The notes under the pieces were generated by a model. It worked only from the letters and a program-made list of their open reading frames with translations. It made no database searches and was not told the origin of the DNA. Made by a program: the position numbers and the translations under genes. From Octopus vulgaris (lineage: Eukaryota): 64,000 bases of DNA. The stretch's first letter is position 1, and each line of letters opens with the position of its first letter. The stretch lies in contig OX597825.1 in the NCBI GenBank assembly GCA_951406725.2, positions 1,922,001 to 1,986,000 on the forward strand, in the 5' to 3' direction. This document shows positions 28,211 to 41,393 of the stretch, in pieces.

Positions 28211-28420
28211 GACGGTTATGAGCTGATAGAATCATTAGCATAATGCTTAGTGGCATTTCGCTCGTCATTATGTTCAGAGTTCAAATTCCACCGAGGTCGA
28301 CTTTGCTTTCCACTCCTTCGGGGTCGGTAAAATAAGCACCAGTTGAGCACCGGCGTTGACGTAATCGACTTTACCCACTCCCCCAAGATTGCTGGCCTTG
28401 TGCCAAAATTTGAAACCAAT
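28211..28420 (+). mobile_element. SINE family B
   Basis: GAGTTCAAATTCCACCGAGGTCGACTTTGC...GGGGTCGGTAAAATAAG...TTGAAACC. Confidence 0.88.
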
Positions 28421-28729
28421 ATCATCAATGATAAAAACAAGGTAGATTTTATGGGAACTGAACACAGTATTTAGCTAAATACCACCCGAAGCATTTAACT
28501 GAAGTCCTAATGATTGTGCCGTAGCTTCGGTTCATGGAACCCAATGTTTGAATAATGGTCGTATTTCTTTAGTTGACCCAAGTGGAAATTGAACTCAAAC
28601 GTACGCGTAACGTTTTACCACAAGTTATTGAATCAGTATCTCCATCGTTATAACCGATCATCACACCAGTTAATAGTAGCTGCAGGCAGAAATATTAATA
28701 AACTGTTGAGTGTGTAAGTCGATGATATT

Positions 28730-29260
28730 ACTTGATCAACCTCCACAAGGATGAAAGTCGAAGATGTCCGTGGCAGAACGTGAACTCAGAAAGAAGAGAA
28801 CCGTAACTAAACACCATAAAGCATTTCGTCCGACGTTCTTCACGATTCTGTCAGTTCACACTCTTCACTTTAGTTTGATAATTGTTTCCTAATTAGAAAC
28901 AAGGGCAGATAGTTTGAGGGGAAATCGATATAACCAGTCACTGTATTAGACTGGTACTTTATTTTATCGACTCCAGTGGAATGAAAGTTAAAGTCAATTT
29001 CGGCAGGATTTGAACTCAGAACGTAATAAGCCGAAAAAAATGGAGCAAGATGCATTATTCGGCAATCTAACGATTCTGCCCAGCCCTCGCCTTCAGATTA
29101 GTTAAGCAGAATAGTAAACTCTAACATAAGCACAAGGCTGCGTTTTAAGGAGGAGGTAGAAACCGATTTCCAATATGTGATTGTTGTTTTATTTGATCGA
29201 TTCGAAAATTGTAAAAAGAAAACCAAGCGCAAAGTCGATGCGAACTCGGAACGGTAAAAT
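28730..29260 (-). mobile_element. Cluster of about three degenerate SINE family B copies
   Basis: Reverse-complement motif GAACTC(A/G)GAA at ~28782, ~29013 and ~29241; ACGATTCTG.C at ~28842 and ~29070. Best copy is 28880-29092. Confidence 0.75.
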
Positions 29261-29320
29261 ATGAGATTAGTGAGACTTATTTTTTGGTTAGTCTTCTTTA
29301 TAATAATTCCATTTACAAGC

Positions 29321-29700
29321 GCTGGCGTGGCTGTGTAGTAAGAAGCTTGGTTCCCGGTTCAGTCCCACTGCATGGCAACTTGGGACAGTGTCTTTTACTA
29401 TAGCCTCGGGCCAGACCAAAGCCTGGTGAATAGATTTAGTGGATGGAAACGGAAAGAAGCACTTTGTGTGTGTCTTTGTGTCTGTGTTTGTTTCACGCCA
29501 CCGCTTGACGACCGGTGCTAGTGTGTTTGCGTCCCCGTAACTTAGCGGGTAGGCGCAAAAGTAAACAACAGAATAAGCACCAAGCTTGTAAAAAAACAAA
29601 AAGAAAAAAGGTCCTGGGATTAGTTCCTTAGATATAAATTCTTCAAGGTGGTGCCCCTGCATGGCGGCAGTCTAATGATTGAAACAAATAAAAGATGAAG
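29321..29700 (+). mobile_element. SINE family A, near full length
   Basis: GGCGTGGCTGTGTAGTAAGAAGC...GGTTCAGTCCCACTGC...CATGGCGGCAGTCTAATGATTGAAACAAATAAAAGA. Confidence 0.92.
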
Positions 29701-29949
29701 GATAAGAAATCTAAGATGCGATGGAGGAAGAAAAAGAAATCGAATCGGTGGGTGTGAGTGCGGTTCTTTATTGCTTCAAACCTGGAAGGATGCTGGAAGG
29801 ATGAAAGACAGCGTTTGCTTCGGGTTGGGGGTGGGGCATTTGAACTGATAATCTGAAAGATGGTAAGTAAATAACGATCGCCGCTGTGTCTGACATTCTA
29901 AGAATCCCAATGAAACTACGTCATTTTTGCTTTTACTGGCTAAAATTAG

Positions 29950-30590
29950 GATTTGGAAGAACAAAAGCAAAAAATAGGTGGGGGTGGGGCTGGGGAAAGA
30001 AATCGCAGAAGAATGAAAGGAGGAAAACAGAGACATGCAGGGAGTGAAAAGCAGGAAGCAAACAAAAAGGAAAAAAAAAAAGGGAGACAGAAGTAAAAAA
30101 AAAAAAGATAGAAAAAAAGAGAAGGGAGAAAAAAGTGATGTGACTGGAAAGAAAGTGAAGCAGAAATGTCTAATCTGTTGAAGCATTACAATAAAAAAAA
30201 AACATCTAAAAAAAATTAGAAAGCCAAAAGGAAAAAAGAAGGAAATCAAATGAGAGAAGGAAAAGAAAAAGATAAAGATGAGAAAGCAAAAAGAGAGAAA
30301 GAGAAAAATGAAGACGAGAAAGAGGAAGAGATGTAGAAGGAGACGAGAAAGAGCAAGAAAGAAGAAAAAAGAAGAAAATGGAGGAGGCGGAGGAGGAAGA
30401 GGAGAAAAAGTAGTAGTAGTAGTAGTAGAAGAAGAAAAAGAAGAAAGAAAGAAAAGAAGGAAATAAAGATGATAAACGAAAGAAGAAGACAATGAAAGAG
30501 TAAAGAAAGTCAGGCGTTTGGCAAAGGAAATAAAAAGCGGTAAAAGGAAGAGAATAGAGAATTATAAAAACGGAAGTGAAGAAAGAAAGA
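29950..30590 (+). repeat. Purine-rich (A/G) low-complexity tract
   Basis: Read directly from the sequence. Confidence 0.85.
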
Positions 30591-31071
30591 CATAAATGCT
30601 TTTAGAATGATGTATATATGAGCGATTATGTCAATACTTCGGTGTATATATAAATATATATATATATATATATCATAGCTGTACCCTCGTTACACGAGAA
30701 AAGCCATTGCCACGAAGGCTTACCGAAATGATTCATGATTGTTGCCATGTGATGCCCTTATATGGCTTTTAAGCCCGGCCAAGCTTTTACCCGTTTTATT
30801 ACATATTGGACCAGTGTGCAGGCTGGCAGGAGAAACAGGTGCCACCATATGCACTCCCTTAGCATGTATTTTTAGATCTTCAACTGAGAGGCAAACCCTT
30901 TCACATTTTACACATGTTCTGTGAGATTTTTGATGGCTCCGAATAACCCTTCCTAGTTTTCTTTGTATCGTCTATCTGGATGTTTTGTTGTCCCTTTCTT
31001 ATATCACCTGACTGTCTGGATGTTTCGCGTTCTTGTCCCGTTTTGTATTATATATATATATATATATATAA

Positions 31072-31371
31072 ATAGATGAGTGTAAAAGAATTTCTATCCA
31101 TTACTCAACATTTAGGGATAGAAATAAACGGAATAGTACTGGTCTCAGCAAACTGATTTGGGATTTAAAAGACCACAATGAACAATTTCATTTAGAATGG
31201 TTGATCCTCTCAATTTCGATACCATATGACAAAGGCAAGAAATTCTGTCTTCTCTGCAATTCTGAGCTATTTTTCATTATTTTTTCTAAAAATACTCTAG
31301 TAAACACGGTTATAGAACGAGCATACAGATGTAAGCATTGGCAGAAACATACTTTTAGTGCATATAAGTAG
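31072..31371 (+). mobile_element. Penelope-like element, GIY-YIG endonuclease C-terminal half (5'-truncated)
   Basis: Open frame without ATG: KRISIHYSTFRDRNKRNSTGLSKLIWDLKD...LEWLIL...PYDKGKKFCLLCNSE...LVN...RCKH...K*, matching the PLE pattern H..SF...T.LSK.IW.LK...W.I...PY..G.K.CxLC..E...CRH. Confidence 0.88.
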
Positions 31372-32359
31372 TCTCTATCATTATATATAGTTTAGACTTT
31401 AATTTCCTTTATATTTAACATTCACTATTAATATCCCTACTCTTTCTGTTAGCTACTTATGACGTTATATCACATAACGTTTTTTTAAACAATATTAATA
31501 GCGTTCTTTAATGCCATGACCCCCACCTCGCAATGCATTGTAATTTGCAACGTTAAACCTTCAATCAAATATAGCTTAAATTATATTTGGAACAGAAACC
31601 ACAAAATCCATAAATTTGCGTGTTGGAACATGTTGAAAAATACCGGCGAAACCGAAATAGCTGAAAATTGGAATAATTCAAAATCGATTATTATTCTGAG
31701 GAAATTGAAAATTAAGCCTATCCCTAATGAACCTGATGAACAAAGAAAACTTATTGAGAAGATGGCAAGTTCAGAATGGAAATCGAGCTATTACTAGCAA
31801 AAACTCAAATCAACCAGAAAATAGTGAAAATTGTAAAAAGGTCATCGGCGCACTAAATGAGAAAAGCATTAAAGTTTGGAGGGAATAATGTAAAGCTGAA
31901 GAATCGACATCTCTTCAGAGATGGGAGAAGTGCTGTTTTGAGTAATTATGAAATAGAATATTATACTGATAACCAATTCTGCTGAAATCTGTTGTGCAAA
32001 TTGTGTCCGAAATCGTTAAAACAAGGAACAAAAATATCAGACTTATAAATTCCACGGATACGAAAACAGGTCCATTCACAATCCACGCAGAAGAAATCTT
32101 GATAAAAGCAATGAAATTGTAAACGAATACAGAACCGCAAACAGAGTGAAAATCTTTAAAAGATCACTTTCTGAATACAGTCGACAAAATTTGCGAGACG
32201 AGGTGGCACAAAGCGAATATAAAAACCTGGAGGTAATCAACCTTTCATACACAACATATTCAAGTGCTCTCGAAAACTTAAAATCCACTCCAACTCTCAT
32301 ATCAACGAAACACTGAATGAATCTCTTACAATTCTGTAGAATAATGTATGTAACAGAAG

Positions 32360-32591
32360 GTGGCGAGGAGCTGGCAGAAACGTTAGCACGCCGGGCGAAA
32401 TGCGTAGCCGTATTTTGACTGCCGTTACGTTCTGAGTTCAAATTCCGCCGAGGTCGACTTTGCCTTTCATCCTTTCGGGGTCGACTGAATAAGTACCAGT
32501 TACGCACTGGGGTCGATGTAATCGACTTAATCCCTTTGTCTGTCCTTGTTTGTCCCCTCTATGTTTAGCCCCTTGTGGGCAATAAAGAAAT
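32360..32591 (+). mobile_element. Young SINE family B copy with a perfect 20-bp TSD
   Basis: AATAATGTATGTAACAGAAG at both 32340-32359 and 32592-32611. Confidence 0.96.
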
Positions 32592-33310
32592 AATAATGTA
32601 TGTAACAGAAGAATTATACGAAAAGGAAAGTAATAACGAAAAGAAAAATACAAACCAATAATCGAATAAACTATAAAACATATCGAACTGGAACATTATT
32701 CTATTATAATTGTCGTTTTGATACACAGGCATAGAGATAGCGTTATACACAAGTAAGTTATTTTCCTGTTTTAAGTTAAACTGACAAAGTGTTGTTCATA
32801 CCATCACGATACACTCACTGGATTAATGTAACCTTAAATTTTGGCACAATTATCGTCGAAACTATCACTTGAACTAATATGCGTACATAACAAGCAATTA
32901 TGCATGCTGTCACATGGCATAATTACTGGCTTGATACAGGCTTTAACTTTTGGCGCAACTATCATTCATGGCACCAACCAAACTACAATTCATCTGATGG
33001 CAATTTAAGCCAGAACTTTTCTAAAGAAAGGAGCAAATTGTCAAAACCCAATCACAATTAAGAAAACAAATACGGCATTACGCCAGATTCTTCCATCTTA
33101 AACTAATTTTCAAAATTATGAAACTTTGAAACCGTTCAAGTAACGGTGAATAAATCTTCTTCAGAACGCCGAACCATTTTTAATATTTCAACTTTCTACC
33201 TGTCCCACCTTGCCTTCTCTTTGAGCTTATTGCCTTGTGTGTATGTATGTGTGTGTGTGTGTGTGTGTATGTATGTGTTTTTTTACATACATACATACAT
33301 ACATACGTAC

Positions 33311-33311
<1 letters not shown>

Positions 33312-33396
<85 letters not shown>
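33312..33396. repeat. (TA)n microsatellite
   Basis: Read directly from the sequence. Confidence 0.98.
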
Positions 33397-33401
<5 letters not shown>

Positions 33402-33796
33402 AATATATATACATACATAAAATCTCACACTCACACATTCGCATCGACACATGTGTCTGTAGCACTGTGTTCTTACTGACAATCTCGCGATGGTCTATTG
33501 TTGATCAAGTATTTGAAATTCTGAAGAATAAGGCGCTATATGACTTTCGAAGGCAATATTCCAACTCGGTAGAACACAAAAATATAGTGGAAAATCAAGA
33601 ACATAGCAATATATAAAGACAAACGTAGATACGTGTTATTTTATTATTTTACTTGCTTCAGACATTGAAGTTAAAAAATCGACCACCGTACATGTTCAAA
33701 CGCAGTTTGCTTATTTTGTCGCCATTTTTTTGCCGATATTTTGCCGCTAGATTTGGAGGATGTATACAAACCAGCAGGAGTTGAGAAGCGGTGGAT

Positions 33797-33835
<39 letters not shown>

Positions 33836-33947
33836 GAGGTTTCCACAATGTATCTATCGACAAAACACACATGTAATTCATCGAAAAAAAAACCAAACAA
33901 AAAATGGAACAAGAACGTAACAGGCGACAACAAAACATCCAGACAGA

Positions 33948-33994
<47 letters not shown>

Positions 33995-34837
33995 TACACG
34001 CACATACATGTGTGTGCCTGTGTGTGTATGTTTGTGTGTGTGTGTGTGTAAATATTTATATATGTATCTATATATGTGGTCCTATGAGACATGAAATCAT
34101 TTTGTCTTGCGATTTGCCTCTCTCTCTAAGTATGAACATATGGTTCCGCTGTGAGATGAACATCAATACATAAATATAAATGTTACTTCTGAAATTGCGC
34201 ATTATTTCTGATGAATGTTAGTGAATCTTTCAATTCCAAAGACTAAATTCTAACAGCATAAACAACAGCAATGCCTGATTTGCCATGTCAACAGGTCAAC
34301 GGCCTCAGACTTCCACCTAACAAAATCATTGTTTCTGAGTATCTATTATTAGATTTGGTAAGAAATTACAACTAAATTACATCATGATATCGCACGAACA
34401 GAATTCTTATAAAGAACATCAGCTTTATTTAATAAAATTCCAGCGAATTTATACATGCAAGATTTCACCATGACAACGAATACATGTGTGATTGGAGAAT
34501 GTTGTTCACCTGAGGTCCTAATTTTTGTCAATCTTTTAGTATGACGCTATCAGCACGGCGCTCGGTAACTATGAGGTGTGAAATGCTATCTCGGAATAAT
34601 TGCCGTCATATTTCATAAGAGAAGCAGAAAGATTCGTTTCGCCATTATGATTTATAATGATATTATAGATGGAAGTTAATATTCCTGAAAATCATTTGAG
34701 GTGCGAAGCGGTTACCTGACAAACACAGAATATCCTTCACTGATGCACACGCAAAAATACACACACACACACATAAAAACGCACTAACTCACACACGCAC
34801 ACGCATAAAATGTACATTGCTTGTCTTTTATATTTTA

Positions 34838-35040
34838 TCTCTTTCAATCATTGGACTGTGGCCATGCTACAGCACCACCTTCATGAACTTTTAGTCGAAT
34901 GAATCGACCCCCAGCACTTGTTTTGTTTTAAAGCATGGTACTTATTTCATCGGGCACTCTTTTGTCGAACCGCTACGTTACGGAGACGTAAATAAACCAA
35001 CACCGTCTGTCAAGTGGCGGTGGGGAACAAACACAGACTA
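34838..35040 (-). mobile_element. SINE family A, 3' half
   Basis: TTTCAATCATTGGACTGTGGCCATGC...GAACCGCTACGTTACGGAGACGTAAA is the reverse complement of the family A tail. Confidence 0.85.
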
Positions 35041-35107
35041 AGTCACTCACTCAAACACACAAACTCACACACACACACACACACACACATATACTTATAC
35101 ATACATG

Positions 35108-35145
<38 letters not shown>

Positions 35146-35224
35146 CACATACATACACACACACATATATACATACATACACCTCGAATACTGCCGCCCC
35201 TCATATGAGTACAAATCTTGCATA

Positions 35225-35820
35225 TAAATGTATCGTGGTCTCTCCACACAAAACAAAACATTTCGAAAACTGAATCACTCCAAAGGGCATTCACTTGAAG
35301 AATCAAGGGCTTGATTGATCTCGATTATTGGGATCGCCTTCAAGCATTGAAACTCTAATCTCCCCAGCGCCACGGTGAGCGATACACTATTTGTGCGATG
35401 TGGAGAATATACCACCAGCATTGCCCAAATCACCTCGACATTAGTTTCAGAATTCATCCAAGGCAAGGAACACAGGCCGTTCGCCCTCTACTCTATTCAG
35501 GATCACAACACATAAATACACTGCAACACAATATCTTTTCCTCAACAGGATCTGCCCTATTTAACATTTTCTCAAAAAGACCAAAGAGGAAAAGAGTCCC
35601 ACGGCCTTTAAACAGAATCCGGACAAATTTCTTCAAGGGATACCAGATAAACATCCTGTACCTGAATACACATCACTCAACAAGAACTCCCTGCGCGAAT
35701 GGGCCATGATATCACAAAACCTGACTTAAAAAGGTTTTAGCAAATACTGTCAGGTGGTGCTATTAAGTTAGACATGGCCGGGGCCAATCTTTGGTGGAAA
35801 CATATCTAAGTTATCTAAGT
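35225..35820 (+). mobile_element. CR1/L2-group LINE 3' fragment
   Basis: WSP...ESLQRAFT*RIKGLIDLDYWDRLQALKL*SPQRHGERYTICAMWRI...FSSTGSALFN; short terminal repeat (ATCTAAGT)2. Confidence 0.85.
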
Positions 35821-36849
35821 CGAAACACATAACGTACACACACGTACACACACAAACACACGCACAAACATACATACGTGCCTTTGTCTACTAATAGCAG
35901 CACCGACAGTTGCTAGCAGTTTCTTCACTTGAAAGATTCACGCAGTTCGTCAGGCAGCCATTACAGACTAAATTTCAAAACAAAACTCAACAAAGCTAAT
36001 TTGAAAAGACCACAGATTTGTTTTATCATACAGTTTTGTGTTTTAGAGACAAGAGGAATTACTCTCACCGGAGTCACTGGAAAGCGATCCGCTGCTAATT
36101 GTTATTACAAAATTAAGTACAGAAATATTAGAGAAGTGAAAAAGTTTTGTTTGTGCAATTAAAGTCAACGCTTAAGTGTTTATAATGGTAATGGTCTAGC
36201 GCTGTCATGGTTAAACTGTGGCCGGTAAGAATTTCCCAAGAGCAGGCCAAACGAAAAATTGCTATGAATGATTTTAATAGTGCAGGCTACCTAATAACGA
36301 GCGATGTGTTATACGACCCGCTTTTCGAAAACGGTTGACTATGAATGGACTAGAACACATATGATAGCTCTCAGCTAATACATGTGGTGCAGACATGATT
36401 GATATGAAATCGAGTCATAACATATTTAAAAAAACAATTAAAAATCATAGGTTTTCTCTCGACTACTGTTTGACTATTTGGCTATGTGAACGTGTATATA
36501 TGATTGTATACATGCATGCATGCATACATACATACATACATACATACATACATACATACATACATACATACATACATACATAAGCATGGCGACCGATATG
36601 GTCAGTTCGATACTTGAATGTGTGAAATTACTGCTCATATGAAGGCAATATACCAAATATTGGAAAAGTTGAGCTGCAGACTACGGTAAGATTACATACA
36701 AATATTATTGTGTCAGTGTTTTAGACGTTACATATCTCTATCGATACTGATATCTCCATCTTAACAATTTCTCTTTAGTTGTTCCAGTCATTTGACTGCG
36801 GCCATGCTAGAGCATTGCCTTTTTATTTATATAAACACAGCAGTATGAT

Positions 36850-37480
36850 GTTACACACATTCATAAACAAGTAAAGAAACATTTCAGAACAGTCCACGAA
36901 AAAGACAAACGGCTCAATATGTACGTTTAAATACAATTATAGAATTAAAAACAACCCCGAGGGAAAGATTACCCAAGCTGTGAACAACTTTGAATTTAAT
37001 TCTGACAAACTTTGTAGAAACTTTTAAAGAAGATCATTGTCTGTTTTGAAAAACAAATCTAAATATCTGTGAATAGAGAGAATCATCATGGCTAAATCGT
37101 GACTCCAATCACCGTATACAATGGACCGACGATCTTTTAACAAAGATTTATATATGAAGCACATATACTACTTGACTCGCAAAAGTTCGGTTTAACACAA
37201 AGGCTGAAAAATTTGTGGAACTCTGAAATACCCCAAAATATATATTTCTCCAAAATATTTAAATGAAGAAGCAAAACGTATCATTAGATGTAAATTGATA
37301 CATCTAACAGCAGGCTAGCATTTATAAAACCAACCATTGAAGATTATCCTTCCACTTTCACTGATGGACAGACAGAACGCTCAACTAAATCTATCAGTAC
37401 ACAAAACGCTTCATCAATTTAGCTGAAACCCAAAGCTACAATGTACAAACAGTGCAAGTATGGCTTTCATACCTGTTATA
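36850..37480 (+). mobile_element. Possible highly degraded Penelope-like RT fragment
   Basis: Weak motifs SLDVN (like FLDV) and IY.KPT at ~37280-37335. Confidence 0.3.
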
Positions 37481-38787
37481 GCCAATAGAAGCAATATCAT
37501 ATTAGAGTAGTCATCTATATATCAACTTTCTTATAAATACGTCACAAAAATCAATTTTACTGCGGTATTTGTTCAGAGATAATATCTATTGTGGACTTGC
37601 TGTGTTTAAACACACAATATATATCAGAGGCAGACGAAAATTGTTTTTGCATTCTAACCAGCTGGTATTGGGAGGATTTTGCCTACTGCCTTTAGACATA
37701 GTATTCTCATAACAAATGTTGTCTCAGGACGAATACTGCAATAAATTTGCGTTGCGTGGTGTATTTACTTAAAGTATGATGCCCAAATGGGTATGTATGT
37801 ATGCAGATATGCACACACACACACACACACACATGTATATATATATATATATATATATATCAAGAGACAGAGAAGGAGATATAAAGGGTGGGAGGCGAAG
37901 CTGGGGAGAGAGATTCTTCCAAAGTATGGCTGCGAGAGCTTTAAGTTTAGAGGGAGGTTATGAAATCTGGTTAAAGTAATAAATAGTTGTTAATTTCAAG
38001 AAGATGAAAAGGATCTTGACGCCCGAAAGAACGTTAGTAGATTTGCTAGGTAAACCATCGTTTGCGTGTAAATAAAGAAATAAATCAGAATTGAGGACTA
38101 TAAAAGTATTGTTAACAAATATTAAACTAAAGTATATAAAAAGGAAAGTGTTAAACTAATGGCAAAGAAAAGGCAATATATGCTTTTAAGCTCGTAAATT
38201 TTTGCCGAGCGAAACTGAAATTCAAGATGCGTGCTTAATGGGAAATAACTGCAAAAAAAAAAAAAACCAGTGATTTAAAAAAAAATTGTACTTAAGAGAT
38301 AAGTATAAATGTATGAACATATATGAATTACAAACATATATATATTCTTACATCTAGAAATAAGTATACGAATGCACACACGAAAAATTGTGGCATATAA
38401 TTATATATGAATATATAATGAAAGTTATAGGATAATATGTAAGCACCGAACTGAATGTAAATATTTATAAACACGTCCAAATATACATAAATTTATTTAC
38501 GAATGTATGTAACATTGTATATATAAATGTAGCACAAATTCTGCATAAATGCAAACATTCATAGACACAGTACAATACGTATGTGTAAATATATATATAT
38601 ATATATATACATACACACACATATATCAAATATAAAACATACATGCAAAAGTGTGCACATAAATATAGATAGGATAAAGGTGAAAAATAGATTATACATT
38701 GAGGACAATAGCGAATCATAATTATATATATGCATATGTATAAAAATACTCGTGAAGATATATGAATTTGACATGGACATATATATG

Positions 38788-38837
<50 letters not shown>

Positions 38838-39574
38838 TGTATATGCAAACATGCAGATACATACGCAGAATGATTGTTTCAAAAATATTATGGAAGGAAA
38901 TGGAAGCTTACAGAAAGAAAGAAGAAACAGAGAGAGAAAGGGTTTCTTAGTTTCATAAAAAGTGAATATGACAAAGACGACGCTTAAAGGGAGTCGCTAG
39001 TGAATGGCAAGTAACATAGCAATGGAGATGGAAGGTGTAAAGTATGCGATGCACTGTTACAGAAGTTAAGCTACGTTAAAGAATAGAATATAAGATATAA
39101 TAGCAGTATAGACTTTGAATAGGATTCTCTTGTATGATATAAATATATCTGTTTGAGCAGTAAAGGAGCTGGCAGAACAAAAGTTGCTAAGTAGGGGATT
39201 CTAATGCTTAAAAATAATTGAGTTGAATAGAGAAAAATGTTAGAGTTGGAATATATGGATTGTTTCTGTGCGGTACGTGTTATAATAGAATAAAATCTGC
39301 TGATATGCGTACCATGTAATATTGCTTATTGATGTACGTGGTGGGTTCAATTATTAAAATGGCATAAATGTTTTATGCTGGAAAAGTGGAAGGTTTTTCA
39401 GAATGTGTGCTGAGGAAGAAACTCATGGTAAAAAGGATTTCGAAGCTTTTTCTTATATAAAGTTTGCAAGATCTTTCGTTTCTGGAGAATGATTTAGTTT
39501 GATACAGAATGTTTCGCTTAAAGATAAATTCCTTATTTGTAATTCTCAAATCTCAGGTCTAATTAGCTAACTAG

Positions 39575-39705
39575 CAACACTGGGGACGCCTGCGAAAGTT
39601 GAACCGGTCCACAACACGTTGGCAGATGCATGCAAATTGATCAACTGCTCGGAACTGACCAGAAGCTGGCGTCCAGTGGGATGACCGGTGGCCTAGGACG
39701 GTGAA
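39575..39705 (+). mobile_element. Probable RTE-type LINE 3' end fragment
   Basis: GC-rich island reading WGRLR...RSTTRWQ, then GGCGTCCAGTGGGATGACCGGTGGCCTAGGACGGTGA; resembles RTE C-terminus and 3' end organisation. Confidence 0.4.
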
Positions 39706-39726
39706 GCAGTATCCTAAAACATTTTG

Positions 39727-39941
39727 TACAAATCTGCACGTATACATACATACAAAAATATATGCATATATCCATCCATCCATCCATCCATCCATCCATC
39801 CATCCATCCATCCATCCATCCATCCATACATACATACATACATACATACATACAAAAATGCCCTGTTGGTGTTGTTGAAATTCTAACGAAGAAGCCTTGG
39901 ATCTAGGTTAGAAATCTTGAAATAAAACTGAATGATGACAT
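39727..39941 (+). mobile_element. 3' UTR fragment of the R4/Dong-like element with an expanded internal microsatellite
   Basis: CAAAAATGCCCTGTT...GAAGAAGCCTTGGATCTAGGTTAGAAA/TCTTGAAATAAAACTGAATGATG matches the reverse complement of 45963-46076. Confidence 0.85.
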
Positions 39942-40634
39942 GAAAATTGCAACATACAATGCATGAAACAGCAGGTTATCAAAAAGAATCTCAAATAAAC
40001 AAAGTATTTGTCCACCAGTTGAGAACTCACCCTCACTATTCACATCTGTTCTCAGTATAAATATATTTGCAAGGCATGCTTGCAAATCCTGCTGCACCAC
40101 ATATTTATATGTAAACCTGCTGTGCCTCACATTTATACAACTCCCACAGCTTATATGTACATCCTTGTACACGCTGCAGTTTGTGTATATATTTTTTGTT
40201 TCGGTCATGCTCGATTTTTCTTTTTAATATGTTTTAGAGACTTCATTAGCGTTTGTTAGAAAGTTAAGTGTGGACAAATATTTCATCAATGGGTGAAAAG
40301 ATCACCAACTCTGTTCTAGAGGATCTTTCCTTAACAAGCCTATCTGTACAGGATTATAAGGGTTACGTGGAGCAATGAACGCAATGCAAACCATAAATTT
40401 CGTCTTCAGTTTTTTTCAAAAAGACCAACGAGGAAAGTAGCGGTAGCCAGCTGTTGACTCTTTATAAAGCATAAATAAGTTCTTTTCACATCTAGGACAA
40501 TAGGTCACACCCCACACCCACGTGAAACACACCGAAGTAAACAGACAACGCCTTACTGCACCTGCTCATAGACCTGTTGTTGGTTATTTTGTTATTGTTT
40601 ATATATAGGTCAACTGTGATCGAATAAAACCTAA

Positions 40635-40852
40635 TCTTTCTAATTTTGTTACAAGGTCATTAATTTCGAAGGGTGGGGGACAAGGCGATTACACCGACTT
40701 CAATGCTTTACTCGTACTCTTTTTTCTCGACTTCGAATGAATGAAAGGAAAAAGTTGATCTGGATAGGATTTGAACTGGAAACGTAAAATCCGACTAAAG
40801 TGGCGGTAAGCACTTTGTCCTACGGGTTGACGATTCTGCAATCTCGTCGCCT
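40635..40852 (-). mobile_element. SINE family B, degenerate
   Basis: ATGAAAGG...GGATTTGAACT...ACGATTCTGC..TCTCGTCGCC is the reverse complement of the family B head and core. Confidence 0.8.
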
Positions 40853-41317
40853 CAGCAAAACTTACAACTAACGACAGTCACAACATCCATGAGCGTTCTG
40901 CCTTTTTTGTATGTCTAGTCCGACTTCCCACAATGCTATCTTCCTTGTTAAGGTAGTCAATGCGGTGTGATTTCAATAAGATTAAGCTGATATCTAACAG
41001 TAACACTTCTCATTTTGACGAATGCATACCAAGTATGTGCACACGGAGTAAAATACAAACATTTCACAAAAAGTGGTTTGGAATCTAAGGAAGACAGGTT
41101 CCTTTGGTTTCGGTGGTGTGGGAAGAGGAGTCTGTGGCTTTTTTTTACCTTTATCATAGGAATAAACATAACATGAAATAGATATAACCAGGAATAAAAT
41201 CTGCAACAGATTCAGTTCACCACGGGGTGTGGTGCTTAATAAATCAGAGCAGACACAAATATACATACTTACGAAAATGCATACGCATACACACACACAC
41301 ACACACCAATGCACACG

Positions 41318-41321
<4 letters not shown>

Positions 41322-41390
<69 letters not shown>
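41322..41390. repeat. (CA)n microsatellite
   Basis: Read directly from the sequence. Confidence 0.98.

Positions 41391-41393
<3 letters not shown>

Noticed and set aside
29776-30492. 238-aa Phe/Leu-rich membrane-like ORF
   Set aside because: It is the antisense of a purine-rich low-complexity tract.
39903-40208. 101-aa minus-strand ORF (MTETKNIY...)
   Set aside because: No recognisable motif, and its 3' end runs into the R4 UTR fragment.
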